Shown piece after piece: positions 1 through 8,864 of a stretch of DNA of 17,257 bases. The position numbers and the translations under genes were made by a program. The notes under the pieces were generated by a model. That model was not told the origin of the DNA, ran no database searches, and saw only the letters and a list, made by a program, of their open reading frames with translations. Origin of the DNA: a virus (Duplodnaviria; Heunggongvirae; Uroviricota; Caudoviricetes); IMG/VR virus record IMGVR_UViG_2778261676_000002; one strand, 5' to 3'. Position 1 is the stretch's first letter. Each line of letters begins with the position of its first letter.

Positions 1-411
1 ATGGATCAGGTAGTCATTTTTAAACAAATATTTGATAAAGTTCGAAACGATTTAAACTATCAATGGTTTTATTCTGAGCTAAAACGTCACAATGTCTCAC
101 ATTACATTTACTATTTAGCCACAGAGAATGTTCATATTGTATTAAAAAATGATAATACAGTGTTATTAAAGGGCCTAAAAAACATTGTGTCTGTCAAATT
201 TTCAAAGGATAGGCATCTTATAGAAACGACCTCTAATAAGCTGAAATCCAGAGAGATCACATTTCAGGAATACAGAAGAAACCTTGCTAAAGCAGGAGTT
301 TTTCGGTGGGTTACAAATATCCACGAACAAAAAAGATATTACTATACCTTTGATAATTCATTACTATTTACTGAAAGCATCCAGAAAACTACACAGATCT
401 TACCACGCTAA
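1..411 (+). CDS. ydfO: Prophage protein YdfO (DUF1398 family), 136 aa
   Basis: Complete ORF ATG(1)..TAA(409-411); translated sequence recognised from memory as Qin-prophage YdfO; not verified by search. Confidence 0.8.
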
Positions 412-420
412 ACCATAACG

Positions 421-447
421 TCCGGCTTCTCTCACTCCTGAGCCGGA
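421..447 (+). terminator. Hairpin downstream of ydfO (7-bp stem TCCGGCT/AGCCGGA, 13-nt loop); possible terminator or processing site
   Basis: Perfect inverted repeat 421-427/441-447 beginning 10 nt after the ydfO stop; no clear U-tract follows, so weak. Confidence 0.25.
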
Positions 448-511
448 CTGCATTGGTTTAATAAAAACCATCAACAATTGTGATTTAGATATTCGGAACC
501 ATTCAAATATA

Positions 512-534
512 ACAAAACCCCGTAAAAACGAGGT
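512..534 (-). terminator. Putative intrinsic terminator of gnsB
   Basis: Minus-strand RNA CCUCG-UUUUUA-CGGGG (one G:U pair) followed by UUUUGUU, about 30 nt downstream of the gnsB stop. Confidence 0.4.
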
Positions 535-562
535 TTATGGATAAATTTTATTATTGAATACA

Positions 563-736
563 TCAGATTAAATTAATCTTGACATCATAGCTTTCAAGAC
601 CCGTCATTTTTTCCCGTGCGGTAAACTGAATACTGGTAACTTCTTTCCCGGTCTTTTTCTTAAGTTCAATAATTTTTTTTGTTATATATTCAGAAATATC
701 TGCTTCTGCTTTTGTTTTTAAGTTTTCAATATTCAT
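563..736 (-). CDS. gnsB: GnsB, 57 aa (multicopy suppressor of secG/fabA phenotypes)
   Basis: Hand-translated minus-strand ORF below the 60-aa ORF-track cutoff: MNIENLKTKAEADISEYITKKIIELKKKTGKEVTSIQFTAREKMTGLESYDVKINLI, stop TGA at 563-565; SD AGAGGA upstream; an extra in-frame ATG lies at 737-739. Confidence 0.85.
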   Translation of the reverse strand: MNIENLKTKAEADISEYITKKIIELKKKTGKEVTSIQFTAREKMTGLESYDVKINLI

Positions 737-907
737 CATTTCCTCTTTTAGTCTGTTATGACTTTCCAGTTACACAGTAAGTCGATTATATGGTGCAAAC
801 GTGTAAAAGATAAGATGAAACATCGCAATAATCAACATACGATAGTCTAAATTTTACACAAACAGACAAAGAGAATTTTCCTGAATTATCAATGCAATAG
901 CATCAAA

Positions 908-1063
908 TCAACTCAAGAGCCTTATTGCTGCTTCCAGAATTTCTTCTGAAGTAACATGTCGATCCGCGGCTACATAAATGACTTTATGATCTCCGGTCAG
1001 AGATGGAAACCCTGCGGCCATTACAGTAAGGTGTGTTTTTTCGCCATTTGGATATTCACGCAT
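908..1063 (-). CDS. ynfN: YnfN, cold-shock-induced small protein (51-aa form; in-frame alternative start at 1138 gives 76 aa)
   Basis: ORF track 908..1180; C-terminal 51 aa MREYPNGEKTHLTV...AAIRLLS recalled as K-12 YnfN; GGAG about 11 nt upstream of the ATG at 1061-1063; start choice uncertain. Confidence 0.6.
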   Translation of the reverse strand: MREYPNGEKTHLTVMAAGFPSLTGDHKVIYVAADRHVTSEEILEAAIRLLS

Positions 1064-1180
1064 GATGGTGTTAACTCCAGTCATCGCTGGCACTACCACT
1101 GCTGGTTCAGAGTTAAAAAAAACTATGATTTTTTTCATGATGTTACCGTAGTATGTGAGTATCCATCGAATAGACACCAA

Positions 1181-1202
1181 GCAAAAAAGCTCCCGAAGGA
1201 GC
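1181..1202 (-). terminator. Intrinsic terminator downstream of cspI
   Basis: Hairpin GCTCC-CGAA-GGAGC (1189-1202) followed on the minus strand by UUUUUUGC (rc of 1181-1188). Confidence 0.45.
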
Positions 1203-1409
1203 CTTCATTTTCACTTTTTTAAATCCAACGACAGACGGCTGGCATTTAAGTATTGTGAAATATTATCAAATGTAATCATCATTGATTTACAAAAGATACA
1301 TTTTGCCCCGAAAGGATTCATGTCAGAAACATCAAAAGATGATGTTCTATACTGGGAACCATGACAACACGGGCATCTAAAGTGAATATGGTTTGTAATA
1401 TTGTCTACC

Positions 1410-1622
1410 TCAAAGCGCCACTACATGAACAGCGGCAGGACCTTTAGGTCCGTTCTCAATACCAAATTCAACTTCCTGATTCTCAGTTAATGTTTTGAAA
1501 TCGTTGCTCTGAATTGCTGAGAAATGGACAAACACATCTTTGCTGCCATCTTTCGGCGTGATGAAACCAAAACCTTTTTCAGGGTTAAACCATTTCACTA
1601 AACCAGTCATTTTGTTAGACAT
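1410..1622 (-). CDS. cspI: Cold-shock protein CspI, 70 aa
   Basis: [26 protein letters not shown]... with the RNP1/RNP2 cold-shock-domain motifs (KGFGFI, VFVHF); long upstream leader (1623-1980) as expected for csp genes. Confidence 0.9.
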   Translation of the reverse strand: MSNKMTGLVKWFNPEKGFGFITPKDGSKDVFVHFSAIQSNDFKTLTENQEVEFGIENGPKGPAAVHVVAL

Positions 1623-1984
1623 AATTATTACCTTTTGAAGAAATTAGCCCTTGGGCAGAATGGTCCGAAAAAAAATATCAGAGAGAAAAACCAACAAGGA
1701 AATCTCAAGAGGTACAAATAATAAAATTATAACAATGACTGCTTCAGATAAATTTGTAACAAACCAGAACACCATTAACGCATGATTAACCACCCATAGC
1801 AAGGATTACTTTTGTAAAGAAAAACACAGCAATGAAAGAATAGCTTTATTTATTAATAAAACGTGTCATTCTGATTAAGACCTTTTATCTTACCCTTAAG
1901 ATTTCAGGAATTTTGGCTCATGGAAGAGTCCTTTTTATTTAAATTTTACATTCCGCGATGTAAATGTTCCGATTTAATATTACC

Positions 1985-3008
<1,024 letters not shown>

Positions 3009-3012
<4 letters not shown>

Positions 3013-3320
3013 AGATATTTATGATGAGGACGCTCGTGCTTATTGGCAGGATTTTCAATCTTAAAGGAGTACTGATGCTGCAGATAAGACTCAACTTTTT
3101 CTGACAATTTTTCTGCTACTTCCAGGAAGACTTGCCGGACGCTCCTTCTGGCTGCTGCCTCATAAAACTCCAGCGCAGCTCCTTCAACACGGTCCATGGC
3201 GACATCCAGGTCAAAAATTTCACCGTCAAAGCGTTCTTTGTCCTGTAAGGCTACAGTTACCGTAACTTTATTCTCAAAATTACGGACTCCTTTCACAACC
3301 AGTTCATAGTCTTGAGTCAT
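3009..3320 (-). CDS. ydfR: YdfR (DUF1327), 103 aa, between holin and endolysin
   Basis: ORF MTQDYELVVKGVRNFENKV...; SD GAGGAG 9 nt upstream; recalled as K-12 YdfR. Confidence 0.8.
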
Positions 3321-3324
3321 TGGA

Positions 3325-3540
3325 TTACTCTCCTCTCGCAGCCTTACGCCTGTCTTCTTTAATCTTGAAATAAAGATTTGTCAGATACGTCAGCAGGCCA
3401 AAAACCAGGCTACCCAGCACACCGATTGCAGCCCACTGTGACGGAGTTACTTTATCGAGTAACTGCAATGCCCAGAAACCAGCATTACCCGCCGATGTGC
3501 CATAGGCAACACCTGTTGTTAACTTATCCATTGATTTCAT
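3325..3540 (-). CDS. essQ: Phage-21-type class II holin (pinholin) with dual-start motif, 71 aa
   Basis: [28 protein letters not shown]...[13 protein letters not shown]; two in-frame starts (M1, M4); two TM segments; close to the phage 21 S protein as I recall it. The ORF track extends it to 3615, which I reject. Confidence 0.85.
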   Translation of the reverse strand: MKSMDKLTTGVAYGTSAGNAGFWALQLLDKVTPSQWAAIGVLGSLVFGLLTYLTNLYFKIKEDRRKAARGE

Positions 3541-3759
3541 ATCCTCACCCCGATGTACACGGATGGTGCAATATGTTTGAAAAGATCGGAGTCTACGGGG
3601 TAGTTTTGACAGCACACGTTGTTCTCAACGGCGCTAAAAAAACATACACATTAAAAATGTGGGTAATTATTTTGAAAGAAAGTCATATATAAAATAATAA
3701 TACGAGAAATGTTTTCATATTTAGTGTACTGTATACGGCCATTTATACAGGAAAAGCCT

Positions 3760-3930
3760 ATGTCAGAACGTAAAAACTCAAAATCACGCCGTAATTATCT
3801 CGTTAAATGTTCCTGCCCAAACTGCACCCAAGAGTCAGAACACAGTTTTTCAAGAGTACAAAAAGGTGCCCTTTTGATCTGCCCTCATTGCAACAAAGTA
3901 TTCCAGACAAATCTTAAAGCTGTAGCCTGA
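3760..3930 (+). CDS. Small zinc-ribbon-like protein, 56 aa (CxxC...CxxC); possibly the K-12 Qin small protein YnfU
   Basis: MSERKNSKSRRNYLVKCSCPNCTQESEHSFSRVQKGALLICPHCNKVFQ...; AGGA 8 nt upstream of the ATG at 3760; AT-rich context. The ORF-track start at 3709 lacks an SD. Confidence 0.55.
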   Translation: MSERKNSKSRRNYLVKCSCPNCTQESEHSFSRVQKGALLICPHCNKVFQTNLKAVA

Positions 3931-3987
3931 TTGATTTTATTAGTAACAAGTATTTTTTATATTTTAATAATATATTTAAAGCAGATA

Positions 3988-4011
3988 ATAAAAAACCCGC
4001 CTGAGCGGGTT
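3988..4011 (-). terminator. Intrinsic terminator (minus strand) between cspB and ynfU-like gene
   Basis: Stem AACCCGC (3994-4000) / GCGGGTT (4005-4011), loop CTGA; on the minus strand followed by UUUUAUUAUCUGC. Confidence 0.5.
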
Positions 4012-4293
4012 TGAGATTGTGGTGCTTTTTGTGGGAGTCATCCACTTACGCACTTTGTTTTGCCATGCCAGCAGTTAGCTTCTGCTGTAAAACTATTCAT
4101 GCAGCAAACCTGCACTTCACCACAATGGTTAGCATACTTTTCCTGATTAAGATTTTGCCAAATATGCTAGCCATTGTTTCATGTATTGGACCTCCTTACT
4201 TTTTATTAAAGAGATCCAATATTCACTACTCTGTCCGTATCTCTACTCAGGCATCAGCCTTCTTCGTTATCGTATACAGACGAGCGATGAATT

Positions 4294-4509
4294 TTAATCA
4301 GTAATGATGACATTTGCTGCTGCAGGACCTTTAGCACCACTCTCTATAGAGAAGGTAACCTTTTGACCTTCAAATAAGGTTCGATAATTATCATTCTGAA
4401 TCGCAGAAAAATGCACAAACACATCTTTACTACCATCAACAGGAGAAATAAAGCCGAAACCTTTATCAGCGTTAAACCATTTTACTAAACCAGTCATTTT
4501 ATTTGACAT
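4294..4509 (-). CDS. cspB: Cold-shock protein CspB, 71 aa
   Basis: [38 protein letters not shown]...; cold-shock-domain motifs; long upstream leader. Confidence 0.9.
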   Translation of the reverse strand: MSNKMTGLVKWFNADKGFGFISPVDGSKDVFVHFSAIQNDNYRTLFEGQKVTFSIESGAKGPAAANVIITD

Positions 4510-4809
4510 TCTACATTCCTTAACTTGAGCCTTTCGGCATAAATGGTTTGCATAACAGAAACGACTTCGTACTTAATTGGAGAGACTCAAAGAAGGAATA
4601 AGTGAATAACACCTGAAATGAGAACTGCTTTAGTAAACTACTTCGTATATCGTCTGTTCTTCAAACCGACGCAATCATTAACGCATAGTTGAACATATGA
4701 AGCAATGTTTATTTTAGACATCCAGCCATCTTCAACCCCATCAAAAAACTATAGCTTTCTTCAGGAACGTGTGTATAGTGCGCCAAGTTATCAGTATTAA
4801 GGAATTTTT

Positions 4810-5022
4810 TTGTCCCGTAAAATGACAGGAATTGTCAAAACCTTTGACGGCAAAAGCGGCAAGGGTCTTATCACCCCATCCGATGGTCGTATCGATGTCC
4901 AGCTTCATGTTTCAGCGCTCAATCTCCGCGATGCAGAAGAAATTACCACCGGATTACGCGTGGAATTTTGCCGGATAAATGGTCTGCGTGGCCCTTCAGC
5001 TGCCAATGTTTACCTTTCATGA
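4810..5022 (+). CDS. cspF: Cold-shock-domain protein CspF, 70 aa (TTG start; alternative ATG at 4822)
   Basis: [37 protein letters not shown]...; AAGGA 7 nt upstream of TTG at 4810-4812; divergent from cspB. Confidence 0.85.
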
Positions 5023-5314
5023 GCTATATTAAAGCTTTAATTTCAGGCCCCATCGGATCACACATGGAGAGTTTTTATGAATAACCCCGTCTGTCTTGAT
5101 GACTGGTTGATTGGCTTTAAAAGCTTATGCTGTACTTTGGCCGTAATAGCTCTGCTAATAATATAATAAGCAGACTCATTGTGTTTAGGGACATTGTACT
5201 GGAAGAAAACATTTTAAACATCAGGCAAATAACCAAGTCACCAGCTAAATAATAAGTTAACAGACATGAGTCCCGGGATGAGATTCAACATTACCATTGC
5301 CCCATTTAAAGCAC

Positions 5315-5338
5315 AAAACCCGCTCATCAGCGGGTTTT
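5315..5338 (-). terminator. tR'-like intrinsic terminator just downstream of the late promoter (also hairpin-competent on the plus strand)
   Basis: Stem AACCCGC (5317-5323) / GCGGGTT (5330-5336), loop TCATCA; U-rich on both sides (minus strand ...UUGUGCUUU; plus strand UUUUCUACUUUUU). Confidence 0.5.
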
Positions 5339-5383
5339 CTACTTTTTCTTAACGTCGGGTATACAAAGCCCATCGTTGAAAAA

Positions 5384-5412
5384 ATTTTATCCATATTTTT
5401 TGAAAAATGCAA
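5384..5412 (-). promoter_or_regulatory. PR'-like late promoter immediately downstream of the Q gene (minus strand: TTGCAT -17 nt- TAAAAT); expected site of Q engagement (qut)
   Basis: -35 TTGCAT = rc of 5407-5412, -10 TAAAAT = rc of 5384-5389, 17-nt spacer; 32 nt downstream of the quuQ stop and about 45 nt upstream of the terminator hairpin, matching lambdoid PR'-tR' organisation. Confidence 0.45.
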
Positions 5413-5443
5413 ACATCATGTCGCCATCTTCAGCAAAAATCAT

Positions 5444-6196
5444 TTATCTCGTCACCTTCCTCAATTGCGCTTCCGCGTATGCTTCTTCCTGCCAGCACTT
5501 TGTTACCAGTTTACCAATGACGTCCGCATACCCCTTATACCACTGATAATCGGTCAGGTCTGGTACCAGCTTCTGGACATGACGTCGTGCCAGCGTGGTC
5601 GGTAAACGACTAAACCGGTTTCCATTACAACGCCCACAAATCTTATATACCGGTACGCCATGAAACCGGGTTCTTTTTTCATCCAGAACAATCCCTTTAC
5701 CCTTACACCCTCTGCACGCTGTGCTGGCTTCGCCCTTACCATGGCAATGCTGACATAGTTCCTTCACCCATTCTTCCTTGATTACAGATTCCCCGCGTCT
5801 GTAGTGTTTCACCACTTCGCGCAATACATTATAAAATCCCGTACCTGAACAATGCTCACAGCGAGCCTTACTTGCCGCAGACCTGGAGTAATCAGCAAAG
5901 GCAAAACTCACGAGGTAAGGAATAATCTGTAACCGGATTTCTTCACTCAATTTGTTCAATGTCGGGTTATCCAGTGCCATCGCGTAATTTAGCAGGCCTT
6001 CAATCGCAAACTGAGGGTCCTGAACACCAACTTTTGCCAGAAATAAGGCCAACCCAAGTGGTGCTTTCGACTGCACCATCCCCTGCGCTGCCATTACATC
6101 CGTAATTGTTAAACAACCGGTGCCTGTCGCTGGAGCGTCATCGCTCAATTTTGGAGATTTTGGGGAGTAATATTTTGGTAAGGCTTCAAGGTTCAT
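5444..6196 (-). CDS. quuQ: Late-gene antiterminator Q, 250 aa
   Basis: MNLEALPKYYSPKSPKLSDD...; several CxxC pairs (zinc-binding); GGAG 9 nt upstream of the ATG at 6194-6196. The ORF track's longer 260-aa start is rejected. Confidence 0.85.
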   Translation of the reverse strand: MNLEALPKYYSPKSPKLSDDAPATGTGCLTITDVMAAQGMVQSKAPLGLALFLAKVGVQDPQFAIEGLLNYAMALDNPTLNKLSEEIRLQIIPYLVSFAFADYSRSAASKARCEHCSGTGFYNVLREVVKHYRRGESVIKEEWVKELCQHCHGKGEASTACRGCKGKGIVLDEKRTRFHGVPVYKICGRCNGNRFSRLPTTLARRHVQKLVPDLTDYQWYKGYADVIGKLVTKCWQEEAYAEAQLRKVTR

Positions 6197-6209
6197 GCTC
6201 GTTCTCCAC

Positions 6210-7259
6210 TTACGCCAGTACGCCAATTGTCAGCGCGCGATCGATAAAACGAAATATCAGCTCCAGTTGGGAGCCATACTTATCTTCAAATGCCACTGTA
6301 TCCGTATGCAGCTCGTTGTGATGCTTTCTGCACAAAGGCAACACAAAGAGATCATGTGCTTTTGTTCCCATTCCGCCCTGCCCGTGACCAATCAGATGAT
6401 GCGGATCGTCGGCTGGCATACCGCAGCAAGCACACGGCTGTGTCTTAACCCAACGTGTGTATTTCTCCTTAACCCAGCGGCGACGTTTAGGCAGCTTCAT
6501 GAAAGATTCCGGAGACTCTGGATCAACGGTGATGCTTACCACCGTCTTTTCCTGTGGTGATTTTTGTTGCTGGTGGGCGTAAGGCAACGGTGCAAGATTT
6601 TTTGTGCGTTGTTTCAATATGCTGGTGGCGGTCTGCTCTCCCGGTACGATGTCGCTTTCGCGGTACACCGAGCAGATTTTTTCCGCTGGTAATCCCAGCG
6701 AACGACGCGATACAGCCTCAGGTAGTGCATCCACCACCTGATTGCAGACCGCCCACCAGGATAATTCAGCCAAAGATAATTCCCGCTCCTGCGTACCGCT
6801 TATTGCGTGACGGATGACGTCAATCACCCATGCTGTCAGATTTTGTTGAGCAAGCAGCTCCAGTGATTCCGATGTCTGGTCACGCAGTTGGTTGTCGCAG
6901 TGCCAGCACAACACCATTGCGCCGGTACCATAACGGTGAATGACTGTTTCAGTGTGATGGTAATCGCCATTAGGCCACTGGCAGGATGTAACATGACGTA
7001 ATAGCCAGTCGGACAATGCGCCAACGCCGCCAGCAGCACGAATCACCCGTTCGTTACTAAAAAACGGCAGCAATGTTTTGTCTTCCGCCAGCGGCTGGCG
7101 AACGGCAGGAACGACTCCGGATGGCAGATTACGCATGCTTTTTGGTTCCGGTTCCACCAGCACTCGAGGATTATGAAATATCTGTATGGATTCACGGCCC
7201 GGCTTAAGGACCACCAGCCCAAGCTCAGGCACCAGAACAGGTCTAAGTAATACCCGCAC
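6210..7259 (-). CDS. ydfU: YdfU (DUF968), 349 aa, with C-terminal Cys/His HNH-like motif; GTG start
   Basis: GTG at 7257-7259 preceded by GGAGG (4-nt spacer) and immediately following the stop of the upstream 92-aa ORF; C-terminus CACCGMPADDPHHLIGHGQGG...CRKHHNELH. Confidence 0.8.
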   Translation of the reverse strand: MRVLLRPVLVPELGLVVLKPGRESIQIFHNPRVLVEPEPKSMRNLPSGVVPAVRQPLAEDKTLLPFFSNERVIRAAGGVGALSDWLLRHVTSCQWPNGDYHHTETVIHRYGTGAMVLCWHCDNQLRDQTSESLELLAQQNLTAWVIDVIRHAISGTQERELSLAELSWWAVCNQVVDALPEAVSRRSLGLPAEKICSVYRESDIVPGEQTATSILKQRTKNLAPLPYAHQQQKSPQEKTVVSITVDPESPESFMKLPKRRRWVKEKYTRWVKTQPCACCGMPADDPHHLIGHGQGGMGTKAHDLFVLPLCRKHHNELHTDTVAFEDKYGSQLELIFRFIDRALTIGVLA

Positions 7260-7260
7260 G

Positions 7261-7539
7261 TTACCTCCAGATCCGTTGCTGGAAAGTGCGGGACGCACGT
7301 GGTGGGCGTTCGGAATAAGGCAGCCTGACAGAGATTATCCAGTGCCGATAGTCGAGACTGAGAGCTTTCTTAACCTCGAACCCGCGCCTGCGGTAAGAAT
7401 GAATCAGCCATTCGGCCTGTTCTGCAGTGCATGGAGGGTGCTGGAACCATTCAGACTTGAATGCGTGAGAATACCGCCCGTGCGTGCAGGCAAGAACGGG
7501 CGAATTATCAGAATTGTAATATTTTGCGTTGCGTGCCAT
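7261..7539 (-). CDS. Hypothetical protein, 92 aa, Cys/His-containing, translationally coupled to ydfU
   Basis: MARNAKYYNSDNSPVLACTHGRYSHAFKSEWFQHPPCTAEQAEW...; GGAG 7 nt upstream of the ATG at 7537-7539; its last codons (TGG AGG TAA) form the ydfU SD. Confidence 0.5.
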   Translation of the reverse strand: MARNAKYYNSDNSPVLACTHGRYSHAFKSEWFQHPPCTAEQAEWLIHSYRRRGFEVKKALSLDYRHWIISVRLPYSERPPRASRTFQQRIWR

Positions 7540-7605
7540 TGGTTTTCTCCGGTGGCACGGTGTTACTCAGCGGGAGTTCAGCCCCGCGCAAGATTGTAGA
7601 TGAGT

Positions 7606-7857
7606 TTATTCTCCTGAAAAAGCAGAAAAGCCAGCTTTTATTCCGATCTCTTTCAATGCCTGTAATGAAGTGACAAACTCACCTTCGCGCAAGATAAATC
7701 CGTCCGTGACCCGAGCATCCACAAAATTAATTAACGCAGCCCCATTCTTTCGCAAACACATAATGCGGTAATGACTAACAAGATTTCCATTTTCAACGCA
7801 CACAGCATAGAGGCCATCTTCACAAAAAATTTTACGCAGTTCTTCGATGTTCATCAT
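7606..7857 (-). CDS. rem: Rem, 83 aa, function unknown
   Basis: MMNIEELRKIFCEDGLYAVCVENGNLVSHYRIM...; AAGGA about 7 nt upstream; length matches my memory of K-12 Rem (83 aa). Confidence 0.65.
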   Translation of the reverse strand: MMNIEELRKIFCEDGLYAVCVENGNLVSHYRIMCLRKNGAALINFVDARVTDGFILREGEFVTSLQALKEIGIKAGFSAFSGE

Positions 7858-7935
7858 CAGAATCCTTCCGGATAATTAGCTCTCCCCTTTAAGGGACCAT
7901 CCCTCTTATCCCTGCGCGCTACTTAAGTATTTTTG

Positions 7936-7965
7936 ATTCTATTCCGGCACCGTCCAGAACTTCAA
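7936..7965 (-). promoter_or_regulatory. Candidate sigma-70 promoter for rem (minus strand: TTGAAG -18 nt- TAGAAT)
   Basis: -35 = rc of 7960-7965, -10 = rc of 7936-7941; about 80 nt upstream of the rem ATG; sequence-only prediction. Confidence 0.3.
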
Positions 7966-7974
7966 ACGCGTTGA

Positions 7975-8005
7975 AAATAAAAACAAAAACCCGCCGAAGC
8001 GGGTT
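7975..8005 (-). terminator. Intrinsic terminator downstream of hokD (end of relB-relE-hokD operon)
   Basis: Stem AACCCGC (7988-7994) / GCGGGTT (7999-8005), loop CGAA; followed on the minus strand by UUUGUUUUUAUUUU. Confidence 0.55.
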
Positions 8006-8073
8006 AAGTGCGGGTGCGTTGAGGATGCCTGCCACATCAGAGGTGGCGAGGGATTTCTCCCCCGCCGGGTCTC

Positions 8074-8229
8074 TTACTCCTCAGGTTCGTAAGCTGTGAA
8101 GACAGCGACCTCCGTCTGGCCGGTTCGGATTCGTACCTCGCAGAGGTCTTTCCTCGTTACCAGTGCCGTCACTATGACGGTTAAACAGATGACGATCAGG
8201 GCGATTAACATCGCCTTTTGCTGCTTCAT
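8074..8229 (-). CDS. hokD: Hok-family small membrane toxin HokD (RelF), 51 aa
   Basis: Hand-translated: MKQQKAMLIALIVICLTVIVTALVTRKDLCEVRIRTGQTEVAVFTAYEPEE; below the ORF-track cutoff; 71 nt downstream of relE. Confidence 0.85.
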   Translation of the reverse strand: MKQQKAMLIALIVICLTVIVTALVTRKDLCEVRIRTGQTEVAVFTAYEPEE

Positions 8230-8300
8230 AGCCTGCTTCTCCTGTCAACGCAAAGCAGAAGTGTCACCTTCGGTGCGAAACAGAGATGTCATGCTTTGGT

Positions 8301-8588
8301 TCAGAGAATGCGTTTGACCGCCTCGCTATATACTTCCGAGCGTTCTCTTTTCCCAACAGAAATCACGAAAACGACAACTTTCTCGTCTATAACCTGGTAT
8401 ACAAGGCGATAGCCTGAAGACCGGAGCTTAATCTTGTAACAATCAGGCATACCACGGAGCTTGTTTGCTTCAATCCGGGGTGACTCAAGTACTTCAACCA
8501 GCTTCTTTTTCAACTGTTCACGTACCGTCGAGCCCAGCTTTCGCCATTCCTTTAGTGCCCGCTCGTCAAAATCCAGAAAATACGCCAT
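8301..8588 (-). CDS. relE: RelE mRNA-interferase toxin, 95 aa
   Basis: MAYFLDFDERALKEWRKLGSTVREQLKKKL...; start overlaps relB stop. Confidence 0.9.
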   Translation of the reverse strand: MAYFLDFDERALKEWRKLGSTVREQLKKKLVEVLESPRIEANKLRGMPDCYKIKLRSSGYRLVYQVIDEKVVVFVISVGKRERSEVYSEAVKRIL

Positions 8589-8827
8589 CAGAGTTCATCC
8601 AGCGTCACACGTACTGGCTTAGGATTACGAAGCCGTTCTTTCACTATCTCCACAAGTTCAGCATCTTCATCACTCAGGAGTGTCTGTTTGAACGGCAAGC
8701 GTTCATTGTCAGCGATATACTCGAGCATGAGACGAAGCGCTTCAGAAGGAGTTACACCCATTTTTTCAAGCGCGGCGTAAGAACGCGCTTTAAGTTCATC
8801 GTCAATACGCAGGTTAATGCTACCCAT
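8588..8827 (-). CDS. relB: RelB antitoxin, 79 aa
   Basis: MGSINLRIDDELKARSYAALEKMGVTPSEALRLML...; SD GAGGTG upstream. Confidence 0.9.
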   Translation of the reverse strand: MGSINLRIDDELKARSYAALEKMGVTPSEALRLMLEYIADNERLPFKQTLLSDEDAELVEIVKERLRNPKPVRVTLDEL

Positions 8828-8838
8828 GTCTTACACCT

Positions 8839-8864
8839 CTTGTAATTACAAATGTCATTACAAG
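8839..8864 (-). promoter_or_regulatory. relO operator / relBE promoter region
   Basis: Minus-strand CTTGTAATGACATTTGTAATTACAAG: near-palindromic TTGTAAT/ATTACAA repeats 12 nt upstream of the relB ATG, matching the RelB2E-binding operator as I recall it. Confidence 0.6.

Noticed and set aside
3325-3615. Extended 96-aa version of the holin ORF starting at 3615
   Set aside because: The 71-aa form starting MKSM matches the phage-21 dual-start pinholin; the upstream extension ([12 protein letters not shown]...) has no counterpart I recognise.
4011-4304. Plus-strand ORF 4011..4304 (97 aa)
   Set aside because: Overlaps the cspB 3' end and the terminator; Cys/Phe/Trp-rich translation and no SD. The minus-strand SD-led mini-ORFs in the same region are reported separately.
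6210-7298. 362-aa extended ydfU ORF with ATG at 7298
   Set aside because: It would overlap the upstream 92-aa ORF by 38 nt; the GTG at 7257-7259 has a GGAGG SD and gives the 349-aa length I recall for YdfU.
5297-7673. ORFs 5297..5605, 5554..5742, 6106..6321, 6195..6560, 6554..6817, 6836..7039, 7186..7599, 7461..7673
   Set aside because: Each is nested in or antisense to quuQ, ydfU or the 92-aa ORF, with no ribosome-binding site; typical shadow ORFs.
8096-8845. Plus-strand ORFs 8096..8317, 8218..8412 and 8465..8845
   Set aside because: Antisense to hokD, relE and relB; no independent support.
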